Source: Theionarchaea archaeon
Lineage (GTDB): Archaea > Methanobacteriota_B > Thermococci > Methanofastidiosales > SZ-28-30
NCBI GenBank assembly: GCA_018992685.1
Contig: JACVGT010000018.1
Location: forward strand, 128,001 to 192,000
Reading direction: 5' to 3'
Length of the DNA: 64,000 nucleotides
The notes beneath the pieces are model-generated. The model searched no databases. It had not been told where the DNA came from and saw only the letters and a list, made by a program, of their open reading frames with translations. The position numbers and the translations under genes are program-made. The stretch's first letter is position 1; each line of letters opens with the position of its first letter. Positions 37,332 to 46,833 of this stretch are shown piece after piece.

Positions 37332-38819
37332 ATGTTAACAGTACAGGATAAAAAAGTATTGCTGGCTTTAGAAGATACTGGTGACATTCAGGGGTTGATA
37401 GAGAAGACACAGCTCCCAGAGGTTGCCATCATGAGGAGTGCCCTCACGCTGCAGGACAACAATCTGGCTGAGATTCATGAGCATACAGAGGCTGTCGTTG
37501 ACCTGACAGAAGAAGGTGAATACCTTTCTCAGGAGCTTCCAGAGCGGAAGATTCTCAACCTATTCAAAGAACCTGACACACTGGATGTGGAAGATATCTC
37601 AATAGACCCGTCAGAGGTAACTATTGCCCTGGGCTGGCTCAAGAGAAAAGGACTCATTGACATTCTGAAAAAGGACACATCCCTCACTCTGAAGATCACT
37701 GAAAGAGGAAGAGAATACCAGAAGATGAAGCTACCCGAAGAAGAAGCCCTGGACAAGATACGATCAGGAATGGGAGGAGACACACTTTCTCCTGAAATCC
37801 TCAAGACGTTGAAATCCAGGAAAGCAGTCACCATCAGGGAGAAGACACAGAGAAAGATCATCCTGACTGAAAAAGGAGCCCAGAAAATCAGAGAAGGCCT
37901 TGAATTGACAGAGCAAATCTCACAGGTTACACCTGAGGTGCTCCGGGAAAGAAAGTGGACCACCATTGGGTTCAGACCCTATGACATTACAGCAGACGTG
38001 AGAGATATCCCGTACGGCAAGAGGCATTTTGTCAATCGGGCCATAGAATACGTGCGGAAGATCTGGTTGGAGATGGGGTTCAAGGAAATGAAAGGGCCCT
38101 TGGTGTCCTCGGCATTCTGGAACTTTGACGCCCTCTTTCAACCCCAGGATCATCCCGCCCGAGACATGCAGGACACCTTCTTCGTGGCAGGAAAAGCCGA
38201 TCTACCTGAAAATTCTCTGGTGGAAAGAGTGAAAGCCATGCATGAGCATGGAGGAGACATCTCTTCAACAGGGTGGAAATACCAATGGGATAAAAAAGAG
38301 GCACAGAAACTTGTGCTCAGAACGCATACCACCGTGCTATCTGCCAGGACGCTGGCTGAAATCAAGAAGAGCGATTTGCCTTTGAAGTTCTTCTCCGTGG
38401 GGAAAGTCTTCAGGAATGAGAAACCTGACTGGAACCACCTTGCAGAGTTTTACCAGACAGATGGAATTGTGGTGGGAGAAGGTGTCAACCTGAGAAACCT
38501 CCTGGGGTATCTGGCACGGTTCCTGCAAAAGATGGGAATACAGAACTTCAGGTTCAGGCCAGCCTACTTCCCCTATACTGAACCCTCGGTGGAAGCAGAA
38601 GTGTACAATTCCCGCACCAAAGAGTGGGTGGAACTAATAGGATCTGGAGTGTTCAGACCGGAAGTGGTGGTTCCTCTCTTGGGAGAAGACATCCCTGTGC
38701 TGGCATGGGGACCTGGATTCGGAAGAATCATCATGGACTACTACAGAATAACGTATTTGAGGGATCTGTACAGAAACGATCTCAGGCAGATTAGAGACCT
38801 GGAATTGTGGATGTGGTGA
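37332..38819 (+). CDS. pheS: Phenylalanine--tRNA ligase alpha subunit
   Basis: WNFDALFQPQDHPARDMQDTF, LRTHTT, HLAEFYQ, YFPYTEPS, archaeal N-terminal wHTH. Confidence 0.97.
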   Translation: MLTVQDKKVLLALEDTGDIQGLIEKTQLPEVAIMRSALTLQDNNLAEIHEHTEAVVDLTEEGEYLSQELPERKILNLFKEPDTLDVEDISIDPSEVTIALGWLKRKGLIDILKKDTSLTLKITERGREYQKMKLPEEEALDKIRSGMGGDTLSPEILKTLKSRKAVTIREKTQRKIILTEKGAQKIREGLELTEQISQVTPEVLRERKWTTIGFRPYDITADVRDIPYGKRHFVNRAIEYVRKIWLEMGFKEMKGPLVSSAFWNFDALFQPQDHPARDMQDTFFVAGKADLPENSLVERVKAMHEHGGDISSTGWKYQWDKKEAQKLVLRTHTTVLSARTLAEIKKSDLPLKFFSVGKVFRNEKPDWNHLAEFYQTDGIVVGEGVNLRNLLGYLARFLQKMGIQNFRFRPAYFPYTEPSVEAEVYNSRTKEWVELIGSGVFRPEVVVPLLGEDIPVLAWGPGFGRIIMDYYRITYLRDLYRNDLRQIRDLELWMW

Positions 38820-38820
38820 A

Positions 38821-40482
38821 ATGCCTCTCATAACACTTGATAAACAGGATGTGCTTCAGCTTCTGGGAAAGACCGTATCGGATGATGATCTGGCCTACAA
38901 CATCTCCATGATGGGTACAGACCTGAGACAGGTGAAAGACACAATTGAGGTTGAAGTCTTCCCTGATCGACCTGACATGCTGTCCACGGAAGGATTCGTC
39001 ATGGCACTGGAGGGGTACCTTGGTATCAGGACAGGACTTCCAGACTTTCATGCTGCCGGCCCCAGCAATGCGAACGAATCTGAGTACTCTGCATATATTG
39101 ATGAGAAAGTGGCTACTGTGAGGCCCTATGCAGTGTGTGCTGCAATCAGGGACGTACATCTGTCTGATGGGGCAGTGAAGTCGCTGATGCAGGTTCAGGA
39201 GAAGCTGCACATAACTCACGGACGAAACAGAAAGAAGGTGGCCATAGGAGTGCACGACCTGGACAAGATAGCATTTCCCGTTACCTATACAACCCGTCCT
39301 CTGAATTTCGCGTTTGTCCCCCTGGAATGGTATACTGAATTGACCTTGAAGGAGATTCTAACCAAACACAAGAAAGGGATTGAATTCGCTCACCTGCTCG
39401 AAACCTACGCAGAATATCCTCTGTGGATTGATAAGAAGGGAACTGTCTTATCCATGCCCCCTATTATTAACTCTGAAGATACCAAAGTTGAAGAGGATAC
39501 TGAGAACCTCTTTCTGGATGTTACCGGGTACTCCCGGCTGGCTTTAGAACAGGCTCTGAACATACTGGTATGCAGTCTTGCAAGGCGGGGCGGAACCATT
39601 CACCCAGTACACGTCCATGAACAGGAAAAAGAACTCTGGTATCCTCACCTGACTCCCCAGGAAATGGAGGTTGATCTAGACTATGTCAACAGATGGCTGG
39701 GCCTCAGTCTATCCTGGGACCAGGTAAAGGGATATCTTGAACGGATGCGGTATTCACTGAAAGGACACATAGCAATGATACCACCCTACAGGGCAGACAT
39801 TCTTCACCCTGTGGATATCATAGAAGACATTGCCAAAGCCTATTGCCTAGACAAAATGGAACCTGTCATCCCAAAAGTTTCAACCATCGGTGAAGAGGAC
39901 CCTCTGGAGGTGTTTGTGAGAAAGGTTGCCTACTTGATGGTTGGATTCGGCCTGCTGGAAGTGAAGAACTATTACCTCACTTCACGGGAGTTCTTTTTGA
40001 AGACCCGGATTGGTGATGACGTTGTGGAAGTGGTAAATGCAATTACAGCTGAATACAATGTCTTGCGATCCTGGCTCCTCCCTGAGATGCTGTACACCCT
40101 CTCATCCAACAAACACCATGAATACCCGCAGAATATCTTTGAAGTGGGAGAGGTGGTGAAACCCTCTTCAAAAGCCCAGGAACGCACCAGAGAGGAATAT
40201 CATCTCGCTGTAGTGCTGTGCCATCCCAGAGCATCCTTCACCGAAGCAAAGGAAATCCTCAAAGCATTTACAAAGAATGTGCGAAACCCCTTCACTCTTG
40301 ATGTCACTGAACATCCTGCCTTTATTGAAGGACGATGCGGATCCATTATCATGGGAGAAAAAGTGGGAGTAATTGGTGAGGTAGCCCCTGAGGTCCTGCT
40401 GGCATGGGGCCTGGAAGTTCCTGCTGCATGTTTTGAGCTCGATCTGGGGAAGGTGCTTTCTGAGGTGACAGCAGTCACCTGA
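38821..40482 (+). CDS. pheT: Phenylalanine--tRNA ligase beta subunit
   Basis: PDRPDMLS, QEKLH...RKKVAIGVHD, MPPIINS, PPYRADILHPVDIIEDIA. Confidence 0.97.
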   Translation: MPLITLDKQDVLQLLGKTVSDDDLAYNISMMGTDLRQVKDTIEVEVFPDRPDMLSTEGFVMALEGYLGIRTGLPDFHAAGPSNANESEYSAYIDEKVATVRPYAVCAAIRDVHLSDGAVKSLMQVQEKLHITHGRNRKKVAIGVHDLDKIAFPVTYTTRPLNFAFVPLEWYTELTLKEILTKHKKGIEFAHLLETYAEYPLWIDKKGTVLSMPPIINSEDTKVEEDTENLFLDVTGYSRLALEQALNILVCSLARRGGTIHPVHVHEQEKELWYPHLTPQEMEVDLDYVNRWLGLSLSWDQVKGYLERMRYSLKGHIAMIPPYRADILHPVDIIEDIAKAYCLDKMEPVIPKVSTIGEEDPLEVFVRKVAYLMVGFGLLEVKNYYLTSREFFLKTRIGDDVVEVVNAITAEYNVLRSWLLPEMLYTLSSNKHHEYPQNIFEVGEVVKPSSKAQERTREEYHLAVVLCHPRASFTEAKEILKAFTKNVRNPFTLDVTEHPAFIEGRCGSIIMGEKVGVIGEVAPEVLLAWGLEVPAACFELDLGKVLSEVTAVT

Positions 40483-40957
40483 TTCTGGTGCCACAGAATC
40501 GGCAGAACTTGGCCGTGGGTTCTAACTCCTTGCCACACTTCTTGCAGGACAGAGATTCCTGAGGTACACGTGAGGAGATCAGTCCTTTCAATTTGTTGAA
40601 GGTGGGTTCATCAATTTCTCCCTGGGCCAGAGAGAGCCTAAGCTTCTGGAATGCTTCTTCTTCAGGCAAAGACAGAATTTCTTCTGTGAGAGATTTCTGA
40701 GCTGTGTGAGGGGAATCAGGGGACTCAACTCTTTCAGGTTCTTTACGCTCAACAGATTCCTCCCTGGATTCACCCGAACCCGTGCGGAACGCATCAATTT
40801 TCTCTGCGAGAATTTTTCTCACTTCAGTGGAAAACATGTCGGAGACAGCAGGGCGTATTTTGTCAGATACCTCCTCGATCAGTTTTTTCCTGACCTCGGC
40901 CTCCAGCAAATTCATGAACTCAGGGAGTTCAATCTCAATACACGTAGGTTCAGCCAT
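40475..40957 (-). CDS. SHOCT-like plus C-terminal zinc-ribbon protein
   Basis: KLRLSLAQGEIDEPTF (SHOCT-like); CKKCG...FCRFCG zinc ribbon. Confidence 0.75.
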   Translation of the reverse strand: MAEPTCIEIELPEFMNLLEAEVRKKLIEEVSDKIRPAVSDMFSTEVRKILAEKIDAFRTGSGESREESVERKEPERVESPDSPHTAQKSLTEEILSLPEEEAFQKLRLSLAQGEIDEPTFNKLKGLISSRVPQESLSCKKCGKELEPTAKFCRFCGTRIR

Positions 40958-41149
40958 GATGTCACTGCATGGCACAGGATAAAAACCTTTCGTAGGAACG
41001 AAGAAGGCACATATTGCTCAGAAATCAGCAAAATCGTTCAGTTGGAACCAGAAAGGAGATCAGCTGTTGTACGTATGCCTCCTGTATCATGACTGTCCTC
41101 TCAGGTTCATGACGCTGGCTACTTCATTAGCCCAACTCCTACCCAAAGC

Positions 41150-41202
41150 TTTATATAGTTTAACAATTATCACATAATAAATATCACATAATAATCGTGA
41201 TA
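41150..41202 (+). promoter_or_regulatory. TATA box followed by a putative operator (direct plus inverted repeat)
   Basis: TTTATATA at 41150-41157; TATCACATAATAA at 41168-41180 and 41182-41194; TATCAC-N9-GTGATA palindrome at 41182-41202. Confidence 0.6.
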
Positions 41203-41487
41203 CAACAAATGACAGAGAAGGTTGAACGAGAGATGAAGATGACTACCGCTGACGTTAAGGCTCTTCCCTACGAAATCAAGCGAAATCCTACGGCTCTGCT
41301 GATTCTGCTTTATTTGGCCGAGAATGGTGGGGCCAACTCAATCTGTTTTATTGCAGGTGAAATCGGATTCACGGAAGCAGCTGTTTCAAAAAGCGCCGAA
41401 AGACTACTAAAATATGATTTGATAGAGAAATCATATGGCAAAAGTGATTTAGGCAAAAGGAAGACTTTGATCAGACTGAAAAAGTAA
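41197..41487 (+). CDS. Winged-helix transcriptional regulator (MarR/ArsR-like)
   Basis: LLILLYL...IAGEIGFTEAAVSKSAERLLKYDLIEK...KRKTLIRL; real start may be the ATG at 41209 or 41232. Confidence 0.8.
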   Translation: MIQQMTEKVEREMKMTTADVKALPYEIKRNPTALLILLYLAENGGANSICFIAGEIGFTEAAVSKSAERLLKYDLIEKSYGKSDLGKRKTLIRLKK

Positions 41488-41511
41488 GAATTAGTAATAT
41501 GAGGTGATAAT

Positions 41512-42585
41512 GTGATTGTAGCAATCTTGGGAGCTGGTAATGGAGGTCAGGCTCTGGCCGGATACCTCTCCCTAAAAGGATTTTCCGTAAACCTATTCAA
41601 TCGGAGTGAGAAGAGAATCAGACACATTAAGAATGATGCAGGTGTTCATATACAGGGGCTTTTTGAGGAATTTGCCCCTCTAAATATCGTTACGACTGAC
41701 ATCAAGAAAGCACTTTCTGATGCTGACCTGGTCATGGTCGTGGTACCTGCTCAGGCGCACAAGCATGTTGCAGAAATCTGTGCTCCTCATCTGGAGGACG
41801 GCCAGGTTGTTGTTCTCAGCCCTGGACGTACGGGGGGCGCTTTAGAATTCAAGAAGACGCTGGATAAGAATGGGTTCTCAAAGAGAATATACCTTGCAGA
41901 AACTCAAACCTTTTTGTTCGTGAGCCGTGTGGTGAACAACAAGGCTAGAATCACAGGCACCAAGAACTCAGTTCCTGTGGCAGCTTTCCCCGCTTCAGAC
42001 ACGGACAGGGTGATGAGTATGTTGAGACAGGTTCATCCTTCTTTCGAGAAGGCAGAGAACGTGATGGAAACAAGTCTAGCCAACATAGGGGCCATTTTCC
42101 ATCCCTCGACTATGATTCTTAACATGGGCAGAATCGAATCAAGCCAAGATTTCAGCTACTATTTTGATGGGATTACGCCTTATGTGGCACGGTTTCTTGA
42201 GCGGATCGATAAGGAGAGGCAGCGGGTTGCTCGAGCTATCGGAGTTCAGACACTGTCTGCACGCCAGTGGCTGAAGAGAGTTTACAACGCTCAGGGAGAG
42301 ACCTTGTTTGAACGCATCCAGGACAATGGAAAATATCGAGGAGTAGGGTCTCCACAAACCCCGATGCATCGATACATCATGGAAGACATACCCACAGGGC
42401 TGGTGCCCATTGCATCACTTGGTAATCATCTGGGAGTACACGCCCCGGCAATTGACAGTGTCATTGGGATCGCCACCCATCTATATGGGATTGATTTTGA
42501 AGCAAAGGGAAGGACAGTCGAGAGCCTGGGTCTCGAAGGAATGAATAGCCGGCGGATGATAGAATACGTGACAAGAGGTGCATAG
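41512..42585 (+). CDS. NAD/NADP octopine/nopaline (opine) dehydrogenase family protein
   Basis: GAGNGG Rossmann motif, PGRTGGALEF, NIGAIFHP, RYIMEDIPTGLVP. Confidence 0.9.
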   Translation: MIVAILGAGNGGQALAGYLSLKGFSVNLFNRSEKRIRHIKNDAGVHIQGLFEEFAPLNIVTTDIKKALSDADLVMVVVPAQAHKHVAEICAPHLEDGQVVVLSPGRTGGALEFKKTLDKNGFSKRIYLAETQTFLFVSRVVNNKARITGTKNSVPVAAFPASDTDRVMSMLRQVHPSFEKAENVMETSLANIGAIFHPSTMILNMGRIESSQDFSYYFDGITPYVARFLERIDKERQRVARAIGVQTLSARQWLKRVYNAQGETLFERIQDNGKYRGVGSPQTPMHRYIMEDIPTGLVPIASLGNHLGVHAPAIDSVIGIATHLYGIDFEAKGRTVESLGLEGMNSRRMIEYVTRGA

Positions 42586-42586
42586 C

Positions 42587-44227
42587 ATGAGAAAGAGACT
42601 ACTTGGGGCGTCAATTGGAAGTTGCATTCATGTGGCAGGGGTTTTGAATTTTTTAGACCTTGCTGAAAAGCTAGGATATCAAACAAAATATATGGGACCC
42701 GCGGTTCGTGTTGAAGATCTCGTTGACGAGATCTTAGAATCTGATCCTGACATCATTGGGGTCTCGTATCGCCTGACCCCAGAGAATGCACAGGTGCTGT
42801 TTGAAGAATTGAAGAGAAGGATAGTGCAGTACAATATACAGAACAAGAGATGGATATTCGGGGGGACCAGACCAGTGTGTATTGTTGCTGAACGCTCGGG
42901 ACTTTTTGAAAGAGCCTTTGACGGGCTATCTACCATGGAGGACGCTATTTCATACTTAAAGTGCCAGGAAGTAACCCAGGAACAAGAGTACTATCCCCAG
43001 ACATTGATTGAACGTGTTTTTCTCAAGAAACCCTTTCCCATTCTACGGCACCACTTTGGATTACCCTCGCTGGAAGAAACGATTGACGGTATTCAGACGA
43101 TTGCTGAAGCTCAGGTGGTGGATGTAATCAGCATTGCTCCTGACCAGAATGCGCAGGAGAGCCTATTCCGTCCGGAAGAGATGACAGAAGAAACAGGTTC
43201 TGGAGGCGTTCCCTTCCGCAGTAAGGAAGATCTTGCGAGGATGTACAGGGCTTCCAGACGGGGGAACTACCCCCTCTTGCGATGCTATAGCGGGACGCGG
43301 GACCTGGTCAAGATGTCAGAGCTTCTCAAGGAATCGATCAACAATGCATGGACTGCCACTCCTTTGACCTGGTACAGTGTACTGGACGGAAGAAGTTGCA
43401 GGCCTTTGAAGGAAGCCATTTCCGAGAATCAGAAGAATATGACGTGGAATGCAGAAAGAGGAATTCCTGTGGAGGTTAATGAAGCCCATCAGTGGTCACT
43501 GAGAAACGCTCATGATGCTCTGGCTGTTGTCATGGCCTACCTTGCTGCCTACAACGCAAAGAAGATGGGTGTATCAACCTATGTGGCGCAATACATGTTC
43601 AACACGCCCCTGGGGACATCTCCTTTGATGGATGTGGCCAAGATGCTTGCCAAGATTGAACTGATCGAATCTCTACACGATCAAACGTTCACTTCGCTTC
43701 GACAGGTGCGGGTGGCTGGACTGCTGAGTTATCCTGTGGACACAGACTCTGCCATAGGGCAGCTCGCCTCTGCAGTCAATATAGGAATGAGCATTCACCC
43801 TGATATTGTACATGCTGTATCATACAGTGAAGCAGATCATGCAGCAACCTCTGAGGACGTTATCAGGACTTCGAAGATTGCAAAACGTGTTATCCAGAAC
43901 TGTCTCATGGGCATGCCCGATGCAGCGTCTGACCCCAGAGTGATTCAGAGAAAGAACCAGTTGGTAGAGGAAGCTCAGATCCTCCTTAATGCCATCAGGA
44001 CTCTGGGGGACAGTGTCAGAGAATCGTTCACTGATCCACGGGTTCTGGAGGAAGCTGTGAGAAGTGGGCTGCTCGATGCTCCTCAGTTGAAAGGCAATCC
44101 CGTTGCTAAAGGTGAAATCGAAACACAGATGGTCAATGGGGCATGCTATGCCGTGAATGGGGATCAAATCATGACAGAATGGGAGCGAACAGAAAGACTG
44201 ATGGAGGATGTTATTCGTGAATATTAA
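42587..44227 (+). CDS. Cobalamin-binding-domain protein with a large C-terminal (probably TIM-barrel) domain
   Basis: CIHVAG (DxHxxG variant), VSYRL and FGGT B12-binding motifs; C-terminal RHHFG, YSGT, NEAHQWSLR, QYMFNTP. Confidence 0.8.
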   Translation: MRKRLLGASIGSCIHVAGVLNFLDLAEKLGYQTKYMGPAVRVEDLVDEILESDPDIIGVSYRLTPENAQVLFEELKRRIVQYNIQNKRWIFGGTRPVCIVAERSGLFERAFDGLSTMEDAISYLKCQEVTQEQEYYPQTLIERVFLKKPFPILRHHFGLPSLEETIDGIQTIAEAQVVDVISIAPDQNAQESLFRPEEMTEETGSGGVPFRSKEDLARMYRASRRGNYPLLRCYSGTRDLVKMSELLKESINNAWTATPLTWYSVLDGRSCRPLKEAISENQKNMTWNAERGIPVEVNEAHQWSLRNAHDALAVVMAYLAAYNAKKMGVSTYVAQYMFNTPLGTSPLMDVAKMLAKIELIESLHDQTFTSLRQVRVAGLLSYPVDTDSAIGQLASAVNIGMSIHPDIVHAVSYSEADHAATSEDVIRTSKIAKRVIQNCLMGMPDAASDPRVIQRKNQLVEEAQILLNAIRTLGDSVRESFTDPRVLEEAVRSGLLDAPQLKGNPVAKGEIETQMVNGACYAVNGDQIMTEWERTERLMEDVIREY

Positions 44228-44993
44228 TGCAGAATTACTGAAAGAACACCTGATTGACTTTATCAGTGGCGAAGTGGCCAAATCTCCCTTCGACAAGGTT
44301 GTTATCGGTATTTCGGGAGGGATCGATTCTGCTGTGGTTGCATACTTGGCCGCTGAAGCCTTGGGAAAAAGGAATGTCATTGGAATCTTAATGCCGTACA
44401 GGACAATGTCTGAAGAGAACAAAGAGGATGCGTCAGCTGTTATTGACGATCTGGGAATACCTTATGTTGAGGTGGATATTTCTCCCATGGTGGACGCTTT
44501 CAAAGTCCTGGTAGATGACACCGACAAGAGACGACTTGGGAGCAAAATGGTCAGAGAACGTATGAGCATTCTGTACTACTATGCAGACAGGTATAAGGCT
44601 GCAGTCTTGGGAACTAGCAACAAGTCTGAAGACCTCTTGGGATATTTCACCAATCATGGAGATTCTGCCTGGGATATTAACCCAATCTCGGGATTATTCA
44701 AGACTCAGGTTATCATGCTAGGTCTGGAACTGGGAGTTCCTGAACGTATTGTGGAGAAGAAGTCAACTGCTGATTTCTGGGTCGGTCAGACAGATGAGGA
44801 GGAATTCGGATTCACCTATTTCGAAGCCGACACCATACTGCATCAGATTGAGAAAGGATATTCCGCAGAAGACCTGGTAGACATAGGACTTGATGAACAG
44901 GTAGTCAGGAAGGTTCTTGAAAGAGTGGATAAAACTGCCCACAAGAGAGTTCCTCCTTCGATACCACAATTGCCTCGTGAGGTACTCAGATGA
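44208..44993 (+). CDS. nadE: NH3-dependent NAD+ synthetase or NadE-like amide ligase
   Basis: SGGIDSAVV PP-loop, RERM, GTSNKSE..GYFT..GD, KTQV, GQTDEEE. Confidence 0.8.
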   Translation: MLFVNINAELLKEHLIDFISGEVAKSPFDKVVIGISGGIDSAVVAYLAAEALGKRNVIGILMPYRTMSEENKEDASAVIDDLGIPYVEVDISPMVDAFKVLVDDTDKRRLGSKMVRERMSILYYYADRYKAAVLGTSNKSEDLLGYFTNHGDSAWDINPISGLFKTQVIMLGLELGVPERIVEKKSTADFWVGQTDEEEFGFTYFEADTILHQIEKGYSAEDLVDIGLDEQVVRKVLERVDKTAHKRVPPSIPQLPREVLR

Positions 44994-45940
44994 AGGTCGG
45001 AATTGTGTACAGCCAGAGGTGCATAGAACGATTGGAGAAAAAAATCTATGCTGATCACCCCGAAATGAAGGGAAGAACACTCCAGGCTATCTACAGGGCG
45101 CTGGACGACGTGTCCGAGCCAGAGTTCATAAACGAAGATGGAGCTATTATCCCTGCTTTGAGGAGGATGGATGCAGTATTCAACTTGAGCACAGGTTTGA
45201 GAGGAGAAAGCAGGCAGGCACACATTCCAGCCCTTCTGGAACGACTGGAAATACCCTATACGGGATCAGGAGTCCTGACGCATGCGATGGGGCTGAACAA
45301 GCCGAAATCTAAGGAAGTTTTCATAGCCAATGGTGTCCCAACCCCTCCCTTCGAGATTCTGGATACCCTTCAGATAACCCGTAAGGATCTTGATGGCATA
45401 GATTTCCCAATGGTGTTGAAACCCACGAATGGAGGTTCCAGCCGAGGCGTAAGAATAGCGGACTCCCTTACCCAGTTGAAAAAGGCGGTCAGAGAGGCTA
45501 TTCCCAAGTACGGCAGAGTGATGATTGAGCCTTTCGTCGAGGGAAGGGAACTAACAGTGGGGATTCTGGGAAATGAATCACCAGACGTACTTCCCATTTT
45601 GGAAACTGATTTTGAAGATCTTGATACAGTCGTTTACAATTTTGAAGTGAAAGCACGCATCGGGTATACCACAGAACATACATTCCCGGCTCAATTGACT
45701 CCTCAAGAGAGAGAAACAGTGTGTCAGGTGGCGATGAAGGCATACAGAGCGCTCCTCTGCAGGGATTATGCCCGTGTCGACATCCGGTTAGAGGACGGCG
45801 TCCCGTACGTACTTGAGATTAACACGCTTCCTGGACTCTACGTTGACTACAGTGCGATCCCCACCATGGCCCGAGTACGGGGATTGCCCTTTGAAACACT
45901 CATCAGAAGAATATACTTGTATGCTATGGAGCGCGAATGA
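44990..45940 (+). CDS. D-Ala--D-Ala ligase-like ATP-grasp enzyme
   Basis: IPYTGSG, KPTNGGSSRGV, EGRELTVG, YARVDIR, LEINTLPG. Confidence 0.88.
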   Translation: MKVGIVYSQRCIERLEKKIYADHPEMKGRTLQAIYRALDDVSEPEFINEDGAIIPALRRMDAVFNLSTGLRGESRQAHIPALLERLEIPYTGSGVLTHAMGLNKPKSKEVFIANGVPTPPFEILDTLQITRKDLDGIDFPMVLKPTNGGSSRGVRIADSLTQLKKAVREAIPKYGRVMIEPFVEGRELTVGILGNESPDVLPILETDFEDLDTVVYNFEVKARIGYTTEHTFPAQLTPQERETVCQVAMKAYRALLCRDYARVDIRLEDGVPYVLEINTLPGLYVDYSAIPTMARVRGLPFETLIRRIYLYAMERE

Positions 45941-46153
45941 CCTGAGTTCTCGCTCGAGGAACAATGCCAACCAGAGAGTGTCACACAAGTCCTGAGTTCT
46001 CTGGCTGCTTGTTCTCACCTGTACAAAGTTAAAACCCTGAAACCAGTCTTCTTCTTGAGGTCAGACTCATGGTTGTGACGGAGATAGTCTCCTGCACTCG
46101 GCAATTTCGTGTCGCCAAACAGGATCTGAGGTAATGTACCATTCTGGTGTCGT

Positions 46154-46786
46154 CTACGCCAATTTTCTGGCCTTCGAGACCCTGAATACGTCAGCATTAC
46201 ATCCTTGGGCTCTGCACTCAATTTCCTCCACTGTATGAGGATGACCTGTGATCCACTCCACCAATCCATAGAGAAGTCCAGCATAGATATTGCATACAGG
46301 AGACTGGGAGACTAATCCTTCGCTTTCGGTGCTGCTCTTTTCGATGATCAGAAAGTGATCTTCTTCCTCCCTGACCTCAATGCGCGGCCTGTGTTCAGAG
46401 GGCAATCTTTTCTCTGATTCTTCTGCGTATTTTTCCAGAGCAAGACGCATTCTTCTGTTCTCTGGCAGAAGGTGTGATGCTGCAAGAAGTGCTTTTGCCA
46501 TTGTACCTGCCTCCACGACTCCTACCCGCACAAATTCGCGGCCAGCTCTGAACTGGAGGGCGCGAGCACCCTTCTCACCAAACAGCTCAGTCAGGCCTGC
46601 TACTAGGCTCCGAACGTCCTGCAGAGGGATTTCTATGCCATCATTCTGGGGAGGCAATTCCTCAATGTATTTCTGCAGGCGGGCGAAGTTAAGAATCGAT
46701 TTCAGTCCGCCTGGGCCAACAGTATTCTCCAATGTCTCTAGGAAGATTCTCATTGTGAGATTGTCCATTTTTCGCTCATCAGACAT
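46154..46786 (-). CDS. V4R domain protein (paralog of 7897-8538)
   Basis: PVCNIYAGLL...VEEIECRAQGCNADVFRVSK. Confidence 0.88.
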   Translation of the reverse strand: MSDERKMDNLTMRIFLETLENTVGPGGLKSILNFARLQKYIEELPPQNDGIEIPLQDVRSLVAGLTELFGEKGARALQFRAGREFVRVGVVEAGTMAKALLAASHLLPENRRMRLALEKYAEESEKRLPSEHRPRIEVREEEDHFLIIEKSSTESEGLVSQSPVCNIYAGLLYGLVEWITGHPHTVEEIECRAQGCNADVFRVSKARKLA

Positions 46787-46833
46787 GATACCACCAATTT
46801 GAACATGAATCCTCTCATTCTGACTGTTCTGGT

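Noticed and set aside
43820-44422. 200-aa minus-strand ORF and the many other antisense ORFs in the track
   Set aside because: They lie wholly opposite well-supported genes and have no motifs or SD signals.
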